From assembly GCA_039797805.1 (NCBI GenBank), contig JBDKHE010000127.1, forward strand, positions 1-50,958: 50,958 nucleotides of DNA, read 5' to 3'. Source of the DNA: Verrucomicrobiota bacterium (lineage in GTDB: Bacteria; Verrucomicrobiota; Verrucomicrobiia; Opitutales; Opitutaceae). How positions within the stretch are numbered: the first letter of the stretch is position 1; each line of letters begins with the position of its first letter. Both the position numbers and the translations under genes were made by a program. Of this stretch, positions 18,044-25,975 are shown one piece after another. The notes under the pieces were generated by a model. It had not been told where the DNA came from, ran no database searches, and saw nothing but the letters and a program-made list of their open reading frames with translations.

Positions 18044-19075
18044 TCAGCGGCCATCTTGATCCGCCAAGCTCAGAACGATGTTACCATCACTCTGCCATTC
18101 GACATTGATGCCAAAATTCGATTTCAAGAGGCGCACGAATCCCTCGACATTGTCGGAGCGGAAGGTCGCGCTCAAACGCACTTCATGCAGGGAAGGATCC
18201 CTGAACGTCAGGCGCACTGGATTGCGGCGGTTGAACTCGGCCACGATCTCGGTCAGCGGCGCATTGCTAAAATCCAGCAGCAACGGCTGCCAGGCCAGTC
18301 GCGCCACGATCTCCGCCGGAGGCACAACGGTAACTTGAGGCGCCGGCGCGGACGGAGTCAGCGAAACGACCGTACACTCACCCATCGAAAGGCTGAGGGA
18401 CTCCTCGGGGAGTGAGACCGTCGGACGGCCGCGCTGCACCCCCACCTTCCCCTCCGTCACCAGCACCTCGACCGAGGCGGGATCAAGCCGGACATTGAAG
18501 GCGGTTCCGACGGCGCGCACCGTGACCCCGCCAACCTCGACGAAGAACGGTCGCGTCGCATCCTTCGCAACCTTGAAATGGGCCTCGCCGCGCTCGAGCT
18601 GGACGCGCCGTTCGCCGGCCGTGAAATGCGTGGTGACGATCGCTCCGCGATTCAGGATGATGACCGAACCGTCCGACAGCACCCGTTGCTCGATGAACGC
18701 CAATGAACGAACCGGCGCAGGCCCCGACGGCGCCGCGGCCGGCCCCGACCGATAGAGCAGCAGAGCACCCAGGACCATCGCGGCGACCGATGCGGGCATC
18801 AGCCAAGAAAGACGCCGCCCAAGACGCTTCGGGGCGAGCAGGTCAGGATCAGGCACAGCATGCACTGAAGTCTGTAGGCCCGCCAGCCGGTCCAGCTCAT
18901 CCCAGCCCCAGCGATGCTCGGCCCAAGCCATCCGGTGGCGCGGATCGGCGGCAAGCCACTGGGAGAAATCATCCTGCTCGGCCGCGGTCAGACCACGGTC
19001 ATGGCGCAGGGTCCACTCGGCGCCAGCTTGTGCGACCGGATCAAACGGCCCGGACGGTGGATAAGGTGCGCTCAT
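18044..19075 (-). CDS. fecR: FecR-family anti-sigma factor
   Basis: AEW...F.QWLAADPRH..AW, one TM helix, LSDGS...LN, ERRVQLERGEAHFKVAKD.TRPF.V, VRAVGTAFNVR, FSNAPL.EIVAEFNR; start trimmed to ATG 19075, overlapping the sigma stop (ATGA). Confidence 0.93.
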   Translation of the reverse strand: MSAPYPPSGPFDPVAQAGAEWTLRHDRGLTAAEQDDFSQWLAADPRHRMAWAEHRWGWDELDRLAGLQTSVHAVPDPDLLAPKRLGRRLSWLMPASVAAMVLGALLLYRSGPAAAPSGPAPVRSLAFIEQRVLSDGSVIILNRGAIVTTHFTAGERRVQLERGEAHFKVAKDATRPFFVEVGGVTVRAVGTAFNVRLDPASVEVLVTEGKVGVQRGRPTVSLPEESLSLSMGECTVVSLTPSAPAPQVTVVPPAEIVARLAWQPLLLDFSNAPLTEIVAEFNRRNPVRLTFRDPSLHEVRLSATFRSDNVEGFVRLLKSNFGINVEWQSDGNIVLSLADQDGR

Positions 19076-19614
19076 GGGTGAAGAATGCGATTGTAGCCGT
19101 GGTGGCGGAAATACTCGATGCACTTGCGGAGGCCGATGCTTCCCTGCGCCTCGATGGTGTGCTCGGAGATGCCAAGCCGGGCCGCGACCTCCTTTTGCGA
19201 AAGGCCATAGAGTTTCCGCAGCGTCATGATCTGACGGCAACGATCGGGCAGGGATTGAATGGCTTGGATCAAGAGCTGGAGGTCCTCAGCGTGAGCCACT
19301 GATTCGGGAATGGCCGCGCCATTATCCAAGACACCCGATGCGTCCAGTTCCGTGATGTCATCCGGGCGCTCATGGCGAAGATGTCGCAACTGGTTCAGCG
19401 CCAGATTGCGTGCCGTGACGAAAAGAAAGGCCTTGGCGCAGGCAATCGACCCCGTTTCCCGCGCTCGCAACAGACGCGAATAGGATTCCTGCACGAGATC
19501 GTCCGCATCAGTCAGACTAGGAAAGCGATTGCGCAGCCAGCCCCGCAGTGCCGGCTCATGCGGCTGCACCTCCTCGGCAAACCAACGGTTAAGCTCAGAA
19601 TCGGGTGGCAGCAT
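19072..19614 (-). CDS. ECF (FecI-like) RNA polymerase sigma-70 factor
   Basis: DADDLVQESY, AFLFVTARNLALNQLR, AIQSLPDRCRQIMTLRKLYGLSQKEVAARLGISEHTIE; true start ATG 19614, not 20319. Confidence 0.93.
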   Translation of the reverse strand: MLPPDSELNRWFAEEVQPHEPALRGWLRNRFPSLTDADDLVQESYSRLLRARETGSIACAKAFLFVTARNLALNQLRHLRHERPDDITELDASGVLDNGAAIPESVAHAEDLQLLIQAIQSLPDRCRQIMTLRKLYGLSQKEVAARLGISEHTIEAQGSIGLRKCIEYFRHHGYNRILHP

Positions 19615-19645
19615 GGGGCGACGGGACGTAATGCGGCTCGGAATG

Positions 19646-19690
19646 GGGGTTACTTTATCAAGACCCACCACCCTGCCAAATCCATTAAAG
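19646..19690 (-). promoter_or_regulatory. Putative ECF-sigma autoregulatory promoter
   Basis: Shares the 45-bp gapless motif with 15727-15771. Confidence 0.7.
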
Positions 19691-20319
19691 GAATTTCTCT
19701 GCTCCTGACAGAAAAATCCACGCGCCGACCTCGTGAGCGCGGTGAAAATCGCGTGACCACTCGGGAATCGGCGCGAGGTCCCAGCGCCCCAGGTGCGGTC
19801 GGGCTTCGGCAGGCCGAAACGCTCGTGCAACGTCTCCTTCTTGAGCTGCCGGCCGTCGGGACCGATATCGTATCGCGCGGCGTCGGCGAGGAGCAGGCGC
19901 ACGCCGGGGCCTTCCGCCAGCCACGCGAGATGGCGTTTCGCCGCCGCCTTGGCGCAACGCTCGGGGAGGCCTTTGTCCCTTTCGTAAGCCGGAAGCGAAT
20001 GACCGGGCACGAGGCCGTGCTGCGAGATGCAGTTGGCCGACACGATGAAATCCGACTCCTCGCTCGGCGGCGACCCCAGATCGGCTCGGGCGAAGATCTC
20101 CGGGGCCTCGTGCGCCGCCACCGTCGCACGCACCGCCGCCAGCGCGCCGCTCGCGTCCCAGTTCACGCCACGGACCCGGCCGGGACGTTGCTTCTCCCAG
20201 CGCCGCACCTCAGCGCTGGTGACGATGTCCGCGAGCACCATTTCCGCGAACATCCCCGCCAGCTCCGCCACCGGCACGTCGAGGCAGTCGCCGGCGCCGA
20301 TCACCACCGCGCGGTTCAT
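19685..20319 (-). pseudogene. Frameshifted, probably 5'-truncated Rossmann/SAM-methyltransferase-like hypothetical gene
   Basis: AVVIGAGDCLDVP...VLADIV...DFIVSANCISQ; reading PDRTW continues in another frame as RWDLAPIPEWSRDFHRAHEVGAW; shift at the G run 19787-19790. Confidence 0.6.
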
Positions 20320-20390
20320 ATGTCCGGTACATGGATGGCTACCGTATGCCTCAGTCAGCGCCCTTTTGTGAAACCCTTTGTGATGGCACT

Positions 20391-20588
20391 CTTCCTCCCA
20401 CGGAAACGATTCAGCAATGGGAAGCCGGTCTCAAATATGCCACCAGCAAGCTGTCAGTATTCGCCGCCCTCGTTCAGACAGAGCAGCAGAACCAGTTGTT
20501 CACCGGAGTTCTTGGGCAGCCGGACGGTACGCTCGTGACGCAGAACTTTCTGCGTGACTCGCAGGCCTAGAGCCTGGAGTTGGAATTT
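20391..20588 (+). pseudogene. Internal fragment of a TonB-dependent receptor barrel
   Basis: PTETIQQWEAGLKY...LSVFAALVQTEQQN...DSQA*SLELEF resembles TBDR 'E.G.K...G.ELE' strands; in-frame TAG at 20568. Confidence 0.5.
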
Positions 20589-21188
20589 TGGACCTACGAC
20601 CTCTATCAGCGCTGGTTCAAGCCCGATGCCACTGACGCGCATCTCCTCAAGGTCGGCCGTCTCACCACCGTCGTCGGCCTGCTCATCAGCGCAGTCTGCG
20701 CCTATGCGGCGACTAAATTCAACAACATCATGGACATGCTCCAACTGGTGTTCGGTTTCGTCAACGCACCGCTCTTCGCCATCTTCCTGCTCGGCATGTT
20801 CTGGCGGCGGGCCACCGGGCACGGCGCCTTCTTCGGTCTGCTGCTCGGCACGCTTTCTGCGGTGCTTTTCCAAGCCAACACGCTGCCCCTCGGTGAGACC
20901 GCCTCCCTCCTCAAGGGCGGTTGGCTCTCCGTGCAGCACAGCTTTGTCAGCCCCATGGCCCAGAGCTTCTGGATGGCGATCTTCGCCTTCACTGGCTGCT
21001 TCACCGGTACCATCGTCATCTCCCTCGCCACCGCGCCCAACCGGACCGACGAAGAGCTGAGGGGGCTCGTCTATTCGCTCACGGAGAAGATTCGCGACCA
21101 CCACGCGACCCCCTGCTATGCGCGTCCCGTCACCCTCGGCGTCATCGTGCTCGTCCTGACCGCAGGACTGAACCTCCTCTTCTGGTAA
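20589..21188 (+). pseudogene. C-terminal fragment of a sodium:solute (sugar) symporter
   Basis: WTYDLYQ...LLKVGRLTTVVG...FNNIMDMLQLVFGFVNAPLFAIFLLGMFWRRAT..GAF.GL; N-terminal roughly two-thirds missing. Confidence 0.85.
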
Positions 21189-21206
21189 CCCCATCCCCAT
21201 CCCGTC

Positions 21207-21410
21207 ATGCAACAACTCGACGTCCGCCTGCCCATGGGGCTGCTCTTTTTGCTTCTCGGCCTGATCCTCATCGGTTACGGCCTCGTATCCGACGCCGCCA
21301 TCTACGCCCGGCACTCGCTCGATCAGAATGTTAATCTCACTTGGGGCTTCCTCTTCGCCCTCTTCGGCACCGCGATACTCTGGCTGGCTCGCCGAGAAAG
21401 CAAAGGGTGA
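21207..21410 (+). CDS. Small two-TM membrane protein accompanying the symporter
   Basis: LDVRLPMGLLF...G...NVNLTWG; two hydrophobic segments; directly downstream of the symporter fragment. Confidence 0.8.
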   Translation: MQQLDVRLPMGLLFLLLGLILIGYGLVSDAAIYARHSLDQNVNLTWGFLFALFGTAILWLARRESKG

Positions 21411-21459
21411 GGCGCGCTGACCAAGGTGGATACTCACTCGGAAGCAGAGAATTGTGTAT

Positions 21460-21816
21460 TCAGTTCCGTGCCGGATCAACAACTAGTGCGCGGTAGACGA
21501 GTGCTTTGGTACACCCGCGACTTGTGATCGCGCTCGCCAGACTGAGACGTCGCAGCGTGCGGTAGGCCATCGACCGCGACAGGCCGAGCGTCAGGCGGAT
21601 TTCGATGGGGGAGGCTTCGCGCCCGCTCGCCAGATAACCCAGCACGCGATTCTCGGGGCCGGCTTCCTTCCCGGAAATGATGGGCGGAGGCGGCTCGTTC
21701 GGCGGTGGCGGAGGCTCGAGCGCGGCAAGCCCGCAGATGAAGGCCCCGATGCGCCGCAGCCGCTCCTCTTCGGATACGACAACCGGAATCGGGAGTGTCT
21801 TGAGCACGTCATTCAT
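21460..21816 (-). CDS. Small protein with C-terminal winged HTH
   Basis: Pro-rich linker then RVLGYLASGREASPIEIRLTLGLSRSMAYRTLRRL...ITSRG.TKALVY; ATGA coupling to the upstream gene. Confidence 0.7.
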   Translation of the reverse strand: MNDVLKTLPIPVVVSEEERLRRIGAFICGLAALEPPPPPNEPPPPIISGKEAGPENRVLGYLASGREASPIEIRLTLGLSRSMAYRTLRRLSLASAITSRGCTKALVYRALVVDPARN

Positions 21817-22175
21817 GAATCATCGCCGGATGAAACGGTGATCCCTGTCACGAGGGTGCCGGATTTGAGGGGCAGATAGCGGACCTCAGTGGCGCGGACG
21901 GAAACCAGTCGGCCGGAATCGAGCGCCTCCCGGACGGGAGCCAGCGCCCGGCCCCGGATCGTCAGGACCAGGCGCGCGGCGTGGAGGGTAAGCACGTCCT
22001 CGCTCCCTACTTCCAAGGTCCAGCGCGTGAGCGTGTGGTAAGGCAGCGACTCCGTCCGGTCCGCCCATTCGAGGCGGAGCACCAGCGGCGTTTCGTCCTC
22101 GCCGGCGACGATGCCCCAGATGGGCGCGGCTGGCAAGGGCGCGGGCGGCTTGTGGGCCAGTTGCTTGAGGGCCAT
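21813..22175 (-). CDS. Hypothetical protein in the relaxase operon
   Basis: ATG 6 bp after the relaxase stop; coupled to the next gene. Confidence 0.7.
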   Translation of the reverse strand: MALKQLAHKPPAPLPAAPIWGIVAGEDETPLVLRLEWADRTESLPYHTLTRWTLEVGSEDVLTLHAARLVLTIRGRALAPVREALDSGRLVSVRATEVRYLPLKSGTLVTGITVSSGDDS

Positions 22176-22181
22176 GGGAAA

Positions 22182-24875
22182 TCAGGTGCGGACCGGCGCG
22201 GCCGGGGAAACGCCGAGCAGAGTGTCCCGCCAGCCGCGCAGCAGCGCGAGCCCGGGGGCCACCAGGCGGAAACGTCGCAAGCGATGCAGTAGCGCGAGAC
22301 GGAAAGAAGGCGGGGCGGCGCGCAATTCGGACGCGAGCACACGGTCCGCCGGGCGCTGCATCGCGTGGCGCGCGGCCCTGGCGTCGGTCGTGTAGATTGC
22401 CTGGGAAGTCCGGAACCGGGAATTGCTCACATAGGCCTGCTTCAGGTTGGCGGCGGAGAAGCCGGCCTCGGTCAGCAGGAGCAGGCCGCGGTCCACGGTC
22501 TTTCCCTGGGCCGCATGCGAGGTTGTCGAATACCCGTGTGTGAAGTGCCGGAAATCCGCCGGCAGTGTGCCCCCGCCTTTGAGCCGCAGTCCGCCATTCG
22601 GGGCGAATCCGGCGAGCTCGACCAGGTCGCCATTCTTGAGGCCCGCCGCCTTGAGGTTGGCCCGGAGGAGAAGCCGGTCGCCTATGGCGACGGGCAGTTC
22701 CCGGGCCTTCCCGACATCGAAGCCGCCCGTTCGGCGCGGATCGAAGGTAACCTCCCGCCCGGCCGCACCGCGCAGCACCAGCCACCCGGGCTCCTTCCGC
22801 ACCACGGTGGCATGCTCGTCGTGTGTGAATCCGCCCACGTTCCGGTAAAACGTCAGCACGTCGCCGGGCCGGTAGCTGGACAGCCGGCGGGTCTGCGACC
22901 AGGTCCACTGCCACGATTCGACCACGGGAAGACTGTGCTCTTCGGCGTGCAGGAGTCCGGTGCGTTTCAGCTGTGCGCGCACCTCGGCGTTGAACGCCTG
23001 GATGTCCGACCAGACGGGCGAGATCGCAAGGCAGGACTGTCCGGACCGAAGCGTGCGCAGGTAGTCCTCGGCGGCGGAGCGAAAAAGCGCGCCGCGGTCG
23101 GCGATCTCGTGGACGGCGCCGAGGCGGGTGAACCGCCGGAAGGCCCCGAGGAGGTCCCCGCGCGCGAGCGACCGGACGGCGTCGCGGTAGGCGGGATCCT
23201 GTTGCCGGCGGATTTCCGTGAGGCGGGCGACCGGCACCCGGGCATAGCGCTGGAGGCAGCGCAGGGCGTCGCCGGCTTCGACGGAGGAGTGCTGTTTTGT
23301 GTCGCCGACCAGCAGCAGCCGGTAGTCGTGGGCCGCCGCCAGACGGCAGAGATCGCGCATTTGGCGGACCGACACGAGTCCGGCCTCGTCCACGATGACG
23401 GTGCGCCCGCGCAGCGCGGCTTGCAGCGGTGCGTTGACGAGCAGTTGCTGGAGCGTGTCCGCATGCGGGGTCAGTTCGCGGCGGAGCACGTCGGCCGCGC
23501 CGGTCGAGGGCGCGCAACCGAAGATCCCGCCCCCGGCGCGCTCGATGCCGGCGACGATCGCGCGGAGGCAGGTGGTCTTGCCCGTGCCGGCGTCGCCCTG
23601 GAGAATGGTGACGCGGGAACGCGACCCGAAGACGGCGGCAATCGCCGGCTCCTGGTCGGAGTCCGGCCGGTCGCGGCCGGTCGGGGTGCCCAAGGGCGGA
23701 CACTCGGCGCGCGTCCGGTTGGCCCAGCTGACGAATTCCTCCTCGGACTGGAGAGCCTCGCGTGAAGTGACCTCCTCGCCGGCCCGGAGCAGGGCGCCAG
23801 ACTCGACACGCTGGTCCAGCGCCGTGCGCAGGTCGGCAAGCGGGACGTCGCCGCGTCCCACGGCCAGCGCCTCGGCCAGCAGTTCGCGCTGATCCACCAC
23901 GGACCGGCGCTCGAACAGGTGGGCCTCCGCGTCCGCCAGGGCCGTCGCGGGCGATCCCGCAAGCGCCGTCCTGGTCGCGCCAGCGGTGCCCGCAACGAGC
24001 GTGCGCAGGTCGTTCAGTTCATCGCCCGCGGCCTTCAACCAGCAGGCGCGGAGCTCGGCCGCAGTGGCGTTCACCTTCGCGGCGCGGCTCCCGGCGGCGA
24101 TGGCCTGCAGGGCATCCTGGGAGGCAACCCCCTGCGCCGAGGCCTCGCGCTGGATGTCGGCGCGACGCCGGCTGAAACGTTCGCGGAGTTCTGCGGACAT
24201 GCCCTTGATTGCGAAGCCGAGTCCGGGCGACGCTTCCAGCTTATAGCCCGCGGCGCGGAGGCGGCCGGCCAGCCGGGCGTAGCACACCTCACGGAAGAAT
24301 GCCTGGTGCCGGTAGAAACCGGCCGGCTGGACGCTCTTCCAGCGGTTCTCCGCCGGATCGAAGGTCGCGTTCATGATGCACACATGGGTGTGCAACTGCG
24401 GGTCGAGTTTCCGACTGGTTTCGTGGGTGACGATGGCGGCCACGAAATTGCCGGTCACCCGGTCGCCGTCGGCCCCCTGGCACCGCAGGCGCGTGGCCGT
24501 GACCGCCTCGATTTCGCGGAGGGTGTCGCGGACCGCCTCGTCCCACCAAGCCCGGATTCGTTCGTCGCCGCCGACCAGGCAGGCGATGGAGACGTCCTTG
24601 GGCGGGGAGATTTGGCCGAAGAAGCAGACGCGACGGGCGGCGCCCTTGTCCCGCGCCGTCAGGCGCTCGTCGGTGAACGGGTGCCGGCCCTCGCAGAGGC
24701 GCTCGAAATGCTCCCGGCAGCAGACGCCGCGCAGGCCCAGGCGGTCCGCCCCCTGGCCCACCCAGGTCAGTTCCGCTTTTCCACCCTGGTCCAGATAATC
24801 GCCAATTTCCATATGCTCGCGGAAATACTCCACGGCTCCGGAAACCCGACAACAGGGCTTATCGAAACGAACCAT
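22182..24875 (-). CDS. trwC: MOBF (TrwC/TraI-like) relaxase-helicase
   Basis: N-terminal tyrosines (AVEYF...GDYL), W.GQGA.RLGL.G, SPPKDVS, HETSR.LDPQLHTH (HUH), FSRRR; helicase GDAGTGKT, IVDEAG, LVGDTKQH, EIRRQ, HGYSTTSHAAQGKTVD, YVSNSR; start trimmed to MVRFDKP. Confidence 0.95.
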   Translation of the reverse strand: MVRFDKPCCRVSGAVEYFREHMEIGDYLDQGGKAELTWVGQGADRLGLRGVCCREHFERLCEGRHPFTDERLTARDKGAARRVCFFGQISPPKDVSIACLVGGDERIRAWWDEAVRDTLREIEAVTATRLRCQGADGDRVTGNFVAAIVTHETSRKLDPQLHTHVCIMNATFDPAENRWKSVQPAGFYRHQAFFREVCYARLAGRLRAAGYKLEASPGLGFAIKGMSAELRERFSRRRADIQREASAQGVASQDALQAIAAGSRAAKVNATAAELRACWLKAAGDELNDLRTLVAGTAGATRTALAGSPATALADAEAHLFERRSVVDQRELLAEALAVGRGDVPLADLRTALDQRVESGALLRAGEEVTSREALQSEEEFVSWANRTRAECPPLGTPTGRDRPDSDQEPAIAAVFGSRSRVTILQGDAGTGKTTCLRAIVAGIERAGGGIFGCAPSTGAADVLRRELTPHADTLQQLLVNAPLQAALRGRTVIVDEAGLVSVRQMRDLCRLAAAHDYRLLLVGDTKQHSSVEAGDALRCLQRYARVPVARLTEIRRQQDPAYRDAVRSLARGDLLGAFRRFTRLGAVHEIADRGALFRSAAEDYLRTLRSGQSCLAISPVWSDIQAFNAEVRAQLKRTGLLHAEEHSLPVVESWQWTWSQTRRLSSYRPGDVLTFYRNVGGFTHDEHATVVRKEPGWLVLRGAAGREVTFDPRRTGGFDVGKARELPVAIGDRLLLRANLKAAGLKNGDLVELAGFAPNGGLRLKGGGTLPADFRHFTHGYSTTSHAAQGKTVDRGLLLLTEAGFSAANLKQAYVSNSRFRTSQAIYTTDARAARHAMQRPADRVLASELRAAPPSFRLALLHRLRRFRLVAPGLALLRGWRDTLLGVSPAAPVRT

Positions 24876-25160
24876 TGTCGTAATCCATGACATAACGACA
24901 GCTATTTATCAAGTATCTAGATAAGGCTACGGTCTCGGTTCCCAACAAATGGCTAAAATGGGACGAGGGTGACATCGATAGCCTATGATATAACCAAGCG
25001 ACCGGATTCAGGAATAATTCAGTATATGGAAGGAGGAACACGCCACCCCTAATGGAATTAGGCGGGACAATCGTCGCTCCGCCGCCGCCGCGTCGTCGCT
25101 GCCTCGCCGCAGCGCGGCTTCGAGTTTGTAAACGACAGCGTTTTGTGCATTATTTCAGCC
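24876..25160. other. Putative oriT / divergent promoter region
   Basis: Relatively AT-rich non-coding gap between the relaxase and the TraK-like gene; IR CCTAAT-GGA-ATTAGG (25048-25062) next to minus-strand GTGGCGTGT (25046-25038), similar to the F-type nic GTGGGGTGT. Confidence 0.6.
25128..25146 (+). promoter_or_regulatory. Operator motif GTAAACGACAGCG-TTTTGT (copy 1)
   Basis: Near-identical to 30099-30118; partial copies at 24893-24902 and, inverted, 24876-24883. Confidence 0.7.
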
Positions 25161-25505
25161 ATGAGCGAATCAGAGCTACACGCCCGCATCTTGGGCGACG
25201 CCCATGCTTACGACCCGGCCAGTCGGCCGCCGAGTCGGCTGACGCCGCATCGCGATGCGCTGCTGGTCTATCGGGCCAAAGGTTTGAGCTACGAGGAAAT
25301 CGCCGAGGCGCTGACCCGTCTGGGGCTCAAAATCCGGCCGACCATCGTCGGGACTTTTTGCCGGCGGAATTTCCGCAAGACGGACATCCAGCGGAAGCGG
25401 TTCGAACTCGAGTCCGCAACTACGGCACCGAGGTCGCCAACTGTGCCTGCCGCCACGCCGCTGATGCCATCATCCATCGCCGGCCGCCGGGGAGGCCGCT
25501 CATGA
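25161..25505 (+). CDS. HTH protein, TraK/StbA-like relaxosome accessory (inferred)
   Basis: SRLTPHRDALLVYRAKGLSYEEIAEAL.R.G HTH pattern; first gene right of oriT. Confidence 0.65.
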   Translation: MSESELHARILGDAHAYDPASRPPSRLTPHRDALLVYRAKGLSYEEIAEALTRLGLKIRPTIVGTFCRRNFRKTDIQRKRFELESATTAPRSPTVPAATPLMPSSIAGRRGGRS

Positions 25506-25975
25506 GCGCCGAGAGTGAAACCGACCCAGAGGCCCTGCCTGAACACTTGCAACGCATCGCAGAGCAATACGGAGTCCCGCTGGATGACCCGGCACTCCGG
25601 GTGATGGGCGCCCATTGGCTGCGGGTGCAGGAAGCTGAGCACACCCTGCGGGAGTTGTCCCTGGAAATGCAATCGGCACTCGATGCGCGGATCGAGATGC
25701 TCGCCGAGTCGGGCGACAACCTGGTCAATGTCGCGGGCCAGCTGGCGCAGGTGCAGACCGTGCTCGACCAAAAGCCCGCGGGATTCGCGCGGCGACTGGA
25801 GGAGGACCTGCGCGCCCCGATCGCCGCCGCAGCAGCCCAGGTGCGCACGCTGGAACAGTCGTTGGACGCCGTGGCCCGGACGGTGCAGGCGGCCCAGCGA
25901 AGGCAGTCACTCGCCTCGTTCATCATCGGCGCCGTGTTTGGAGCATCCCTGACGATATGGTTCTGGCCCGCCTAG
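25502..25975 (+). CDS. Coiled-coil protein with C-terminal TM, IncP TraM-like mobilisation accessory (inferred)
   Basis: IAEQYGVPLDDPAL motif reminiscent of IncP TraM 'G...DDP'; C-terminal hydrophobic helix; ATGA coupling. Confidence 0.6.
   Translation: MSAESETDPEALPEHLQRIAEQYGVPLDDPALRVMGAHWLRVQEAEHTLRELSLEMQSALDARIEMLAESGDNLVNVAGQLAQVQTVLDQKPAGFARRLEEDLRAPIAAAAAQVRTLEQSLDAVARTVQAAQRRQSLASFIIGAVFGASLTIWFWPA

Noticed and set aside
19072-20319. 415-aa ORF suggesting a methyltransferase-ECF sigma fusion
   Set aside because: Artefact of a frameshift in the upstream pseudogene; the sigma has its own promoter motif (19646-19690) and ATG at 19614
21886-23765. 605-aa minus-strand and 466-aa plus-strand ORFs
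   Set aside because: Alternative-frame and antisense shadows of the relaxase
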